Source: an uncultured virus (IMG/VR IMGVR_UViG_3300006737_000001)
Taxonomy: Duplodnaviria; Heunggongvirae; Uroviricota; Caudoviricetes
DNA length: 20,000 bases
Reading direction: 5' to 3' (one strand)
IMG/VR virus record: IMGVR_UViG_3300006737_000001
Location: 47,300-67,299 of that record
The notes under the pieces are model-generated. The model saw only the letters and a list, made by a program, of their open reading frames with translations. It was not told the origin of the DNA and did not search any database. The translations under genes were made by a program, and so were the position numbers. This document shows, in pieces, positions 8,970 to 17,154 of the stretch; the first letter of the stretch is position 1; each line of letters starts with the position of its first letter.

Positions 8970-9659
8970 CTAGAAGTCTCCTGTTGCTGTTAGTGTTTTA
9001 TTTAATTCATCACCAGATAATCCGTAGACTACTGGTTGATAAGAAGTAAATTCTAATGTCTCTTCTTGAACGCCGTCAGCGTTAAGCGTAGTTGTGTAAG
9101 CAGTTAAACAACAGTTTTTGACACACATAACTTCTTCGTTACCTGTGTTTCCTGCTGTTCCAGTCTTAAATTGTAAACTTACTCTGTAACCATAACATGA
9201 AAAATCACCTGAACCATCTTTGATTTCCTTAGGGTTTACTAATCCAGTACCAAGACCAGTATTATTATTACCCATACCAAATCTTGCTTTATTACCTGTA
9301 CTATCTCCGTTATAAATTAAATCCCAAAGATTGTTGTTTTTCTTTCTTGTTAAGGATACTGTGTATTCCTTTTTGATTTCAACCTTACCCGGTTGAGTCT
9401 GTCCCATAAAAGAAGTGTCTTCATCCATGGTTCCTAGTGCTACATCTACTCCAACAATATCTGCATATGGAGTATAGTTAGTTAAAGCTACTGCTGCGTT
9501 CATGTCATCTGCAAACAAATTTGTTATGTCACTAGAAGGGTCTCCTAGTTTGATAATTGGAGCTACAGCGGCACTTCCTGAAGTACCAATTGCTTTATTA
9601 GTTACAGCAGTTTCAGTTGTAATGTAAACATTAACATCTCTGCCTAGAAAGTAAGCCAT
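8970..9659 (-). CDS. Tail tube protein paralogue 1 (229 aa; probably the major tube subunit)
   Basis: MAYFLGRDVNVY N-terminus and a C-terminal LTAYTTTLNADGVQEETLEFTS hairpin typical of tube folds. It has a perfect GGAGGTGA RBS and its own promoter motif upstream. Confidence 0.82.
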   Translation of the reverse strand: MAYFLGRDVNVYITTETAVTNKAIGTSGSAAVAPIIKLGDPSSDITNLFADDMNAAVALTNYTPYADIVGVDVALGTMDEDTSFMGQTQPGKVEIKKEYTVSLTRKKNNNLWDLIYNGDSTGNKARFGMGNNNTGLGTGLVNPKEIKDGSGDFSCYGYRVSLQFKTGTAGNTGNEEVMCVKNCCLTAYTTTLNADGVQEETLEFTSYQPVVYGLSGDELNKTLTATGDF

Positions 9660-9703
9660 TAGAATTCACCTCCTTTCGTTATTTTATTGTGGGTATATAC
9701 CAT
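9659..9703 (-). CDS. Putative 14-aa upstream ORF (MVYTHNKITKGGEF) coupled to the tube gene
   Basis: AGGTGA-AAAA-ATG start at 9703. Its TAA stop overlaps the tube ATG (TAATG). Translation is unproven. Confidence 0.35.
   Translation of the reverse strand: MVYTHNKITKGGEF
9666..9673 (-). promoter_or_regulatory. Strong ribosome-binding site GGAGGTGA for tube gene 1
   Basis: GGAGGTGA-ATTCTA-ATG on the minus strand. Confidence 0.85.
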
Positions 9704-9782
9704 TTTTTCACCTTTTGTTTTTTTTGTGTCGACTTTCAGTACGTTACACTTCACTCGTTACCTTTAAATTAACTCGTCTTAC

Positions 9783-9798
9783 TATATAAAGCTTTTGC
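9783..9798 (-). promoter_or_regulatory. Archaeal-type promoter (BRE + TATA box) for the tail tube operon
   Basis: Minus strand GCAAAAGC-TTTATATA immediately after the stop of the 560-aa gene, in the largest intergenic gap. Confidence 0.7.
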
Positions 9799-11481
9799 TT
9801 AATACTGATTAGCTCCTCCCTGTCTGAAAGCAGCAACACCAGCTCTACGCGAAGTTACTAAAGGAGATATAGAAAAGTTATAACCAGTCTCTGTCATACC
9901 CGTTCCTCTCCATGTATCGTCCATTACATCACTCCACACACCCAATAGATGTTTGCGTGGATTTCCTTTGTCATCTCCAAATATCCATTCGCTAGAAATA
10001 GTAGTTCCTTGTCTATTACCAACTGGACCGGGACCAACTGCACGATACCAATCTTTTGTTAAATCATTACTTTGTTGTAATAATGCTTGATACCAATTAG
10101 CAAATGCCTGAGTAGATTGAGGGTTATTATAATAGTCATTGATTTGTTGCCTTAGGTTTTCGGCTATTTGTGTAGTAGTTAAATGTATTTTTCCTCCAGT
10201 TCCTGCTATATTGAGTTGTATATTATTAAAAAAATCTAAAGCCAGACCAGCTGTAGAAAATTCTCCTGTTCTTTCTACCCTATCTAATGTAGAAACTGAT
10301 ACAGCATTAGCTTCGTTGTGAGCTAAAAAAGCGATTTCTGAAATTAACGTTGCACCTACTGAGTTTTGGCTTAACATCCAATCAGTAAAAGCATTTATAA
10401 CATTTCCATCTAAAGCAGCTACAACTGCTACATTATCGCTATCAAAACCAATCTGAGGCATACCATTTTCATACAGTGGATAAAATGTAGCAAAACCAAT
10501 AGTACTTGGTGTTAAGGTAACTTGATAAACATGCCTGATAGGCTCTAATGCTCTACCTGCACTGTCCATCATACTTTGACTTCTACCCACTCTATTTAAA
10601 AACTGTCTCATATCATAAGCGGGAGTGCCTCTAGTTGCAGAAGAAAACATACCTTTAGCCATTTCAAAGTCTCTGCCTGACATCGTAGCATTGTAACCAA
10701 AAGAAGTCCATTCATTAGCTATACGTGCGTTCCATTCATTTATATTTTGTTGAATATGTGTAGTCCATGTAGACACAGCACTTGCTAAATTTGTTTCTGA
10801 AGTATCTACTTGTGCTAAAATCTTATGGCTAGCACTACCACCTGCATCTCTAGCAACTTCAGCACTTTGTATATTTAGATTTTGTGGTAATTCTGATTGA
10901 ATAAACCTTCTAAAGGAATCATGCTCTTCTAAAAATATATCGAAATCCTGAGACCGACCAAAGTCACCTGACCTATCAAATGCTTGACCTGATTGGTCAT
11001 CATTACCTTCAAGTGCTGAATATAAATTACTTAGCATACCTATTTCAATTTCATCTCTTATACGACTATTTAGAGCAACAGAACCGGGACGAGCACTTGC
11101 ACTATCTAATAACTCTTGAAGTTGTTGTCCCATTATGTTTGAAGAAGCTTGACCAGCAATACCTCTAGCAGAAGCAAGCGCAACATCTTCTCTCGGCATC
11201 ATAGCACTCATTATACGTGTACGACCTGCTCCTTTACCTTGATAAATCTGTCTTCTTAAAACATAAGGATATCCATCACGTTCATTATCACCCAAAGAAG
11301 AATCATCTTGAGGAGATAAATCGAAATAACCCTCACTTGAAGCTCCAGCTACTGTAGGTGTAGTACCTCTCAGTTGCATTGCATAAGCTTGTGTAAAGGG
11401 TAAGTAGGGTTGAAAACCAACTGAGATGCTTCTGAATACATTTTGTTCACCAAACTGCTCAATCATTCTGACATTAGGCAT
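9799..11481 (-). CDS. Uncharacterised virion-associated protein (560 aa)
   Basis: Long ORF starting right after TGA TAA of the terminator gene. No recognisable family motif, no Cys and only 7 Lys. The ORF itself is solid but the function is unknown. Confidence 0.75.
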   Translation of the reverse strand: MPNVRMIEQFGEQNVFRSISVGFQPYLPFTQAYAMQLRGTTPTVAGASSEGYFDLSPQDDSSLGDNERDGYPYVLRRQIYQGKGAGRTRIMSAMMPREDVALASARGIAGQASSNIMGQQLQELLDSASARPGSVALNSRIRDEIEIGMLSNLYSALEGNDDQSGQAFDRSGDFGRSQDFDIFLEEHDSFRRFIQSELPQNLNIQSAEVARDAGGSASHKILAQVDTSETNLASAVSTWTTHIQQNINEWNARIANEWTSFGYNATMSGRDFEMAKGMFSSATRGTPAYDMRQFLNRVGRSQSMMDSAGRALEPIRHVYQVTLTPSTIGFATFYPLYENGMPQIGFDSDNVAVVAALDGNVINAFTDWMLSQNSVGATLISEIAFLAHNEANAVSVSTLDRVERTGEFSTAGLALDFFNNIQLNIAGTGGKIHLTTTQIAENLRQQINDYYNNPQSTQAFANWYQALLQQSNDLTKDWYRAVGPGPVGNRQGTTISSEWIFGDDKGNPRKHLLGVWSDVMDDTWRGTGMTETGYNFSISPLVTSRRAGVAAFRQGGANQY

Positions 11482-11484
11482 TTA

Positions 11485-12033
11485 TCACGACCGTGTGTTT
11501 TTGAATACTATAACCATTGAAGCAACTGCTACCCAATGTTCTAATTTAGGGTCATATCCTATATCTTTAAAACCACTAAAATGTCTCTCATCTACTTCAG
11601 TATCAGTAGTACTAAAATCAGTATCCATAAGTATATTAGCGCTATTAAGCATGAGATAATTAATCAAACGTCTCTGTTTATACTTAGTAGAGCCCCCTGT
11701 AGGAGTTAAAGAGCAATCTCTATCTACGATAAGATATATATTAAAGCCTACTCCATAGAGCTCCCCTATCTGCTCAGTAGGGCTTGTTCCATATGTTAAC
11801 CTTTGTCCCATAAATTGAGTTTCTATTCCATTAGCTACCATTTCTGTAATTATTGCTGGATACTTAGTTTGGTCTGTGGTTGGAAATTGCCCAAATACTG
11901 TTACATCAGTACCGTCAGCAGCCCATGCATTAGCGGTGCCTTTAGTACCACCAGTTATTTTGTTATATTGTCCTGCTCTCAGTTGGTCTATAAGTTTTCT
12001 CTCTACGTTATTAAGGTGGTCTGGAGGTGCCAT
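11485..12033 (-). CDS. Tail terminator / tail-to-head joining protein (SPP1 gp17 / lambda gpU-like, 182 aa)
   Basis: N-terminal helix, VFGQFP....KYPAII, a central GFNIYL strand followed by a helix, and a C-terminal YDP..EHWVAVASMVIVF strand. Located after the stopper gene. Confidence 0.7.
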   Translation of the reverse strand: MAPPDHLNNVERKLIDQLRAGQYNKITGGTKGTANAWAADGTDVTVFGQFPTTDQTKYPAIITEMVANGIETQFMGQRLTYGTSPTEQIGELYGVGFNIYLIVDRDCSLTPTGGSTKYKQRRLINYLMLNSANILMDTDFSTTDTEVDERHFSGFKDIGYDPKLEHWVAVASMVIVFKNTRS

Positions 12034-12998
12034 TATTCAGCTCGCCTCCTTGCGTCATCGCGTCCTGCGGTTCTAACGCAATTAAAAATAATATATCCAT
12101 CAGTCATGTCTTTTAAAGAATGGACGTGCCATGATACTGATTTGTAATACTCTATATCTTTTATTTGTAACGTATCTGTGTTGTCTGCGTTGTATTCTAT
12201 CCTGAAAATTCTTAGGTCGTTTTCATAATCAAACGAAATCCCTGTAGTAACTGGTACATTATAACGTGTCCCTGTTTGATAAATACTTGTTGCAGAAGTA
12301 CCTGACACAAATGGTACATCTACTGTAAGCCAATTGTTATCCAGTAACACAAAATTATCATTATCCCAGTTAACTCTAAATGCTGAATTAGTACCACCAT
12401 GATAAGACCTGATAGCTTTTAATTCTACACTACCGCTACCTCTTATCTTAAATCTTAATCTATCTGCTTCTAAAGTATTTTTAGCAGTAGTTTGGTAAAG
12501 TAAATTGCCATCACCAGTGGCAGTTAAAGTTAAACTCTCTCCGTCACTAGCAACTGAGCCAGTACCTGTCCAATTTGTGGTACCAGTGGTAGGGACTGAA
12601 AATATTGTTCTATAATTCGTAATTAGTCTATCCCATCCTTCTATTTCATTAAATTGTGCTGTACCAGTAAAATTACCTTGGTCAAAATTAGGATAGTTTT
12701 TTATAGTATTTATATTAGGAGTATAAATTCTTGCTGCTCCAACTATATTGTTACCAGCTCTCTCTTGTTGATAATCTGCTGTAACGGCAGGTCTAATAAT
12801 TGCAGGTAAATCTGGAAGTAATAGTTCTGGTGCAGCTTCATCACCATCAGGTACTCCATAAGCATCTGTTTCGTAAATAGGTAAACGATGATATGTTACA
12901 TATTGAGCTTGTTCGCTCCTGTATCTCAATGCGCGAAAGATGCGGTTCATATTCAAAGCACCCGGACGGATACCTTGTGAACCAATCAACCCCGGCAT
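12033..12998 (-). CDS. Head closure (stopper) protein, SPP1 gp16-like, with an inserted CBM-like beta-sandwich (321 aa)
   Basis: Stopper-like motifs VTYHR..TDAYG..PAIIRP..ARIYT..DRLI and WHVHSLKD..YIIFNCVR flank an insert of about 160 aa. It follows the adaptor gene. Confidence 0.65.
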   Translation of the reverse strand: MPGLIGSQGIRPGALNMNRIFRALRYRSEQAQYVTYHRLPIYETDAYGVPDGDEAAPELLLPDLPAIIRPAVTADYQQERAGNNIVGAARIYTPNINTIKNYPNFDQGNFTGTAQFNEIEGWDRLITNYRTIFSVPTTGTTNWTGTGSVASDGESLTLTATGDGNLLYQTTAKNTLEADRLRFKIRGSGSVELKAIRSYHGGTNSAFRVNWDNDNFVLLDNNWLTVDVPFVSGTSATSIYQTGTRYNVPVTTGISFDYENDLRIFRIEYNADNTDTLQIKDIEYYKSVSWHVHSLKDMTDGYIIFNCVRTAGRDDARRRAE

Positions 12999-13000
12999 TA

Positions 13001-13468
13001 TTATTCTCCCGTACCTCTTGGCCTTGGATACATATCTTTAGTAGAGTCGACACCAGTAACGTTTTTATCCCAATTAACTTTTCCAAGATATGGGTCTGCA
13101 TTGTAGGTTGTAGTCTTAATGCTAAGACTTTGTTTCATTACTAGTTGTTGTTCTGCTAGTTCTTTAAAATGAATGAATTGGTCTCCTTCATAGTATACAG
13201 CTAAATCTCCGACTTGTATTCTTTCTATACCCATACCATTTTGAGCAATAGATGCTAAATAACAAGTGTAGTAAGCTACTGCATTATCATAAGCAGCGGC
13301 AGCTGTGGCTACATCATATGCTGTACCAATTTGTTCTTCAAACCATTCTGTTGAAATGCTAATTAAAATATCTAGCGTATCATTATCTAATTCTTCTTGC
13401 TCTATTCCAGCTAAGAGTCTAATTCTATCTCTCAGTCCAGCGAGCGTTGTTATACTTGTTATTGCCAT
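13001..13468 (-). CDS. Head-tail adaptor (HK97 gp6 / SPP1 gp15-like, 155 aa)
   Basis: Helical pattern LRDRIRLLAG..LDNDTLDILI..A.AYYTCYLA followed by the beta-hairpin IERIQVGDLAVYY. First gene of the neck block. Confidence 0.75.
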   Translation of the reverse strand: MAITSITTLAGLRDRIRLLAGIEQEELDNDTLDILISISTEWFEEQIGTAYDVATAAAAYDNAVAYYTCYLASIAQNGMGIERIQVGDLAVYYEGDQFIHFKELAEQQLVMKQSLSIKTTTYNADPYLGKVNWDKNVTGVDSTKDMYPRPRGTGE

Positions 13469-13469
13469 T

Positions 13470-13676
13470 TTACATCATCCCCATTGCACCTGCTCCACCA
13501 GCAGCAGTGACAGCTATACCTACCCACCATCTCATTTGGCGGCGTAAATCGTTCTCCCACATTTCGTGATGAGCTAAGTGATTCGTAAAGAGAGTTTCGA
13601 ATTTATCCATTTTAGTAAAAACGGTCTTGACGCGTTCGTCTATGCGAATCAATAGTTCTTTATCTGTTGTATCCAT
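13470..13676 (-). CDS. Small coiled-coil protein with C-terminal hydrophobic anchor (XhlA-like architecture, 68 aa)
   Basis: LLIRIDERVKTVFTKMDKFE coiled coil, then RRQMRWW and an uncharged tail VGIAVTAAGGAGAMGMM. Confidence 0.65.
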   Translation of the reverse strand: MDTTDKELLIRIDERVKTVFTKMDKFETLFTNHLAHHEMWENDLRRQMRWWVGIAVTAAGGAGAMGMM

Positions 13677-13690
13677 ATATAAACCTTTCC

Positions 13691-16600
13691 TTATGAGTTA
13701 ATCAACTCCGTGTTTTTATCTAAATCTCTAGTAAGAGTTACATCTCTATCATCAGCAGTGTCTGCATCCAATTGTTGAGCGTGGTCAATAGTAGGGAAAT
13801 ATTGATGTATATCTCCCGTACAATTTATAACTTGGCCTGTAACCTTTAATTCTTCGTTTGTAACGTCTAGGTTTTCTATTTTACCTACAACTGCGAAGTT
13901 GTTTTGAGATTTGAAAGTAGATTTACCAGCTACACCAGTTACAGTAGCACCCGGTCCTGCTGTAAATACAGACAAAGAAGTAGTGTCACTTAATCCTTGA
14001 GTATGAGTGAATATCAAACTACCTGCTCCCATATTTAATCCCCCGGTGTTATGGAAAAGAGCATTGTAAGTTGTAATTGTATAATCTCCAGAATTCACTA
14101 CACTCTGATGTGGTCTAAAGTAACCTGTACAAGTCATATCACCTGCTAATGTCGAATTAGTAGTAGCAATCCAATATTTCCAAGTTGCAGATGGTACTGC
14201 TGTACTACTCTCCCAATAACAAAGATACCAATTACTCCAATCACTACCAGCACTTACAGTTGAAGAGCCTCTCATTGTCCACGTAGGGTTACCACTTGAA
14301 CTAGCAGTACCTCCTCCGTGTGTCAAAGTTCCGAAAAATCTTATATCACTAGACCCAGCTAAAATTGAAAGGTTTGTTGTTTTACCAGATGCTGCTACCT
14401 TTAAATTATTGAATGATGTTACACCACCAGCTAAACCAATAGTACCATCACCAGTCATGTCAATAGTAGAAGTGCCATAGGTAAATGTTCCTGCTCCTAC
14501 CCAATTTGGTGCAGCTCCAGCATTAGCTAGTACACCATCTCTCGATGTAGTTCCTTCTTTATTAGCGACTTTGTCTCCAGCACCACCTGTACCTTCATCG
14601 AATTGATACATAACTTGTAACCCAGTTGTGCTAGCCATATTCCCGTGCGTGTTAAACATATCAGCTCTAAGTTGTGCAGGTGTTCTTGCAGTGTTAAATA
14701 TACGATACATATAGAACTGACCTTTAAATCCCATATAGTTTGACCTAATAGTATCTTTAGCAGTAGTTTGCCAACTGATTCCTAAATCGGGGTCTGCCCC
14801 TACAGTTCCTAAATCAATTCCAGTTCCTAATGTGTTTTGACCAACTAATTTACCATCGTGATAAATTTGTAACAAGTTTTCACTGTCATCAAATACTAAA
14901 GCAATATGATTCATTTTACCAATATTAACTGAAAAGTTAATTGATTGATTATTTTCGTGTGAATTAAAATTAAAGGTATCATTAAGCATATGGTCAAGCT
15001 GCCATCGGTTTGTCTGACCGCCTACATAACCGTTAATGACTCCTGCTATTTTAGCATCTCCAGATTTACTTTCAGGATTAATCCACATTTCAAAAGTTGC
15101 ATCTGAATTTTGTAAATTTGACAAATCATACGGAACATCTAAAAATGTAAAGGGTGATGTAGTTGCTGTGCTGCCATCAAAATCAAGGCCACTCTTACCA
15201 ATAAGACCACCACTGGTAGTAAAATCTCCTGACATTGTAATTGTATGTGTATTACCATCTAACTCTGCACCTGTAGCAGTAGTTACATTCACTAAAGGAG
15301 TTCCTGATGCTAGGTTATTTCCTACGTCTAATTTACCTGCACCTACTATAATATTATCAGCAGCGTGACCGTGCGCACTGTTAGAGATAGTTCCACCATT
15401 TAACATCCAATTTGTAATAGTTGAACTTGTTAATGTATGTGTATGACCGTCTCCAGTCTCTATAAGATTCATATTGCCTGAAGTGGTTGACGAGGTGTTT
15501 ACCGAATCTGCTACAACTAGAGCATTAGTTCCACAAGCAAGAGTTCCTGTACTAGTTAACAATCCAGTGAACTCAACTGTCTGTCCATTCAAATCTAATT
15601 CATCTCCAGTATTAACATTAAAAGCACCAAACTTCATATCTCCATCTATAGTGATGTTGTGTTGTGTGTTGAAAGTCTCTGATGTGTAATCTCCCCACTT
15701 ATAATGTACCTCAGTACAAGCGTGATTTGGTCCACCTGTTGTTATTACAAATGGTTTTGATTGGTCAGCACCGTAAATGTTAACCGGTCCTGCTCCTGAA
15801 AGGGTAGCTAAGCACCTGTTACCTTCTGTTACGGTACAGGCTACTGTTGAACTACCAAGAGTAACTGTAAGGCTGCCTTGGTCTCCTTTAAATTGAAAGT
15901 ATCTACCTCCACTTTGGCTTAAGGTGTGAATTACTGTAATACTTTTCCACACAACTACCGATGCACCACCCACGGCTGGTTGGGCATTATCTAATTTATA
16001 AAAAGTAGGTTCTGCTGTACCTGCACTCTGCATATTTTGAGTATTAGTGGCGTGTGTAAATTTAACCATACCATCATTGTGTGTAAATGTACCAGTGTTA
16101 TTAAAGTTACCTGATGTGATGCTCATTGTTTGGTTTGACGATTTAAGTGTACCATTAGCCGCGATATCCACGGCTCCAAACTTTTGGTCGTGAAATCCAT
16201 TAGAGTCATCAGTGTAACCCAATAATGCTACATCAGTGCCATTTCCTACTGTCAGATTACCGGTAATAGTTATACCTGTAGAACCTCCGTAAGAATTTAA
16301 ATTACCATCTTGAATATCTAAAGAAGCTGCTTCAAAAAATCCTGCCCAAGGTATATCATAATTAGTATCTACAATTACGTTATTAAGTACGTGAACACCT
16401 TCAGCTCCCATCTGCAAATATCTAGTACCAGAATCTACTTTAGCAAACTTAATTGTTCCGCCACTCATATTAACAGTAGCAGCAGAACCTAAACCAAAAC
16501 CCCACGTTGGGTGTGTTGAATTTGGATTTAAGGTAATCGTTGTTGTAGCACTTGAAAAACTCAAAGTTGCACTTGCACTGTTTGTTACACTTAGTGTACC

Positions 16601-17149
16601 TAGTGAAACGGTAGCACTACCTAAATTAAGATTTCCTGCGTTACCAACACTACAAGATTTTTCTACAGTAAGTGTGTAAGATGAAGAATAATGTGTAAAT
16701 GTACCGGCATTAACTGCTAAATCTTCTACATAAGCATTCTGTACATATTCGGATGTCACTGCACTACTAAATGTAACTTTTTGAAAACAGTTTCCAGAAG
16801 AACCCATTAACCTTATTAAATTATTACTAGTTGTAGCAATTATTAAATCTAAATTACCTGAAATTGTTCCGTTATTATAAACAGAGTAAGTGCCTGCACC
16901 ACTCGCAGTACTTTTTTCAGAGACTGTTATTACATTACCTCCTCCAGTAATAGTTGCATCTGTTAATATAGATAATGAATTGACAGTTATTGAAGCGTGA
17001 AGTGTAGGTGCATTAGATAAAGCAGTAGTATCTGGAATTACCACATCATCATCTAAATGTCCTGTGTCTCCCGGCCAATTTGATTGTGACCAATTACCTG
17101 CATTGTTCCAAGCAGTTGATGTACCACCAGTCCAAGTATTAGTGGCCAT
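13691..17149 (-). CDS. Large beta-helix adhesin / fibre protein with LamG (concanavalin A-like) domain (1152 aa)
   Basis: N-terminal TWTGGTSTAWNNAGNWS..P..DDDVVI cap and T/G/S/N-rich beta-solenoid repeats. LamG-like motifs LDFDGS, TFEMWINP, HIALVFD..LQIYHDGKLV, FKGQ..YRIFNTARTPAQL, YQFDEGTG. Confidence 0.85.
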   Translation of the reverse strand: MATNTWTGGTSTAWNNAGNWSQSNWPGDTGHLDDDVVIPDTTALSNAPTLHASITVNSLSILTDATITGGGNVITVSEKSTASGAGTYSVYNNGTISGNLDLIIATTSNNLIRLMGSSGNCFQKVTFSSAVTSEYVQNAYVEDLAVNAGTFTHYSSSYTLTVEKSCSVGNAGNLNLGSATVSLGTLSVTNSASATLSFSSATTTITLNPNSTHPTWGFGLGSAATVNMSGGTIKFAKVDSGTRYLQMGAEGVHVLNNVIVDTNYDIPWAGFFEAASLDIQDGNLNSYGGSTGITITGNLTVGNGTDVALLGYTDDSNGFHDQKFGAVDIAANGTLKSSNQTMSITSGNFNNTGTFTHNDGMVKFTHATNTQNMQSAGTAEPTFYKLDNAQPAVGGASVVVWKSITVIHTLSQSGGRYFQFKGDQGSLTVTLGSSTVACTVTEGNRCLATLSGAGPVNIYGADQSKPFVITTGGPNHACTEVHYKWGDYTSETFNTQHNITIDGDMKFGAFNVNTGDELDLNGQTVEFTGLLTSTGTLACGTNALVVADSVNTSSTTSGNMNLIETGDGHTHTLTSSTITNWMLNGGTISNSAHGHAADNIIVGAGKLDVGNNLASGTPLVNVTTATGAELDGNTHTITMSGDFTTSGGLIGKSGLDFDGSTATTSPFTFLDVPYDLSNLQNSDATFEMWINPESKSGDAKIAGVINGYVGGQTNRWQLDHMLNDTFNFNSHENNQSINFSVNIGKMNHIALVFDDSENLLQIYHDGKLVGQNTLGTGIDLGTVGADPDLGISWQTTAKDTIRSNYMGFKGQFYMYRIFNTARTPAQLRADMFNTHGNMASTTGLQVMYQFDEGTGGAGDKVANKEGTTSRDGVLANAGAAPNWVGAGTFTYGTSTIDMTGDGTIGLAGGVTSFNNLKVAASGKTTNLSILAGSSDIRFFGTLTHGGGTASSSGNPTWTMRGSSTVSAGSDWSNWYLCYWESSTAVPSATWKYWIATTNSTLAGDMTCTGYFRPHQSVVNSGDYTITTYNALFHNTGGLNMGAGSLIFTHTQGLSDTTSLSVFTAGPGATVTGVAGKSTFKSQNNFAVVGKIENLDVTNEELKVTGQVINCTGDIHQYFPTIDHAQQLDADTADDRDVTLTRDLDKNTELINS

Positions 17150-17154
17150 CTAAC

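Noticed and set aside
9675..9760. Hammerhead ribozyme or other ncRNA in the tube leader (CTGAAAG, CGAAA)
   Set aside because: The core CUGANGA is not matched and the three required stems cannot be built.
8371..11481. Contractile tail or extracellular injection system (sheath plus two tubes)
   Set aside because: The 560-aa protein shows only a faint N-terminal resemblance (PNVRMIE) and no sheath C-terminal motif. No baseplate wedge, LysM or spike genes follow the TMP in this window. Not fully excluded without structure prediction.
9799..12033. Stop-codon readthrough fusing the terminator to the in-frame 560-aa gene, or genetic code reassignment
   Set aside because: Two consecutive different stops (TGA TAA) separate them. 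TAA, TAG and TGA all end genes cleanly and long ORFs are uninterrupted.
735..15689. Short plus-strand ORFs and the minus-strand 12847..13101 ORF in the track
   Set aside because: All overlap longer coherent minus-strand genes, lack RBS or protein-like motifs, and break the uniform operon orientation.
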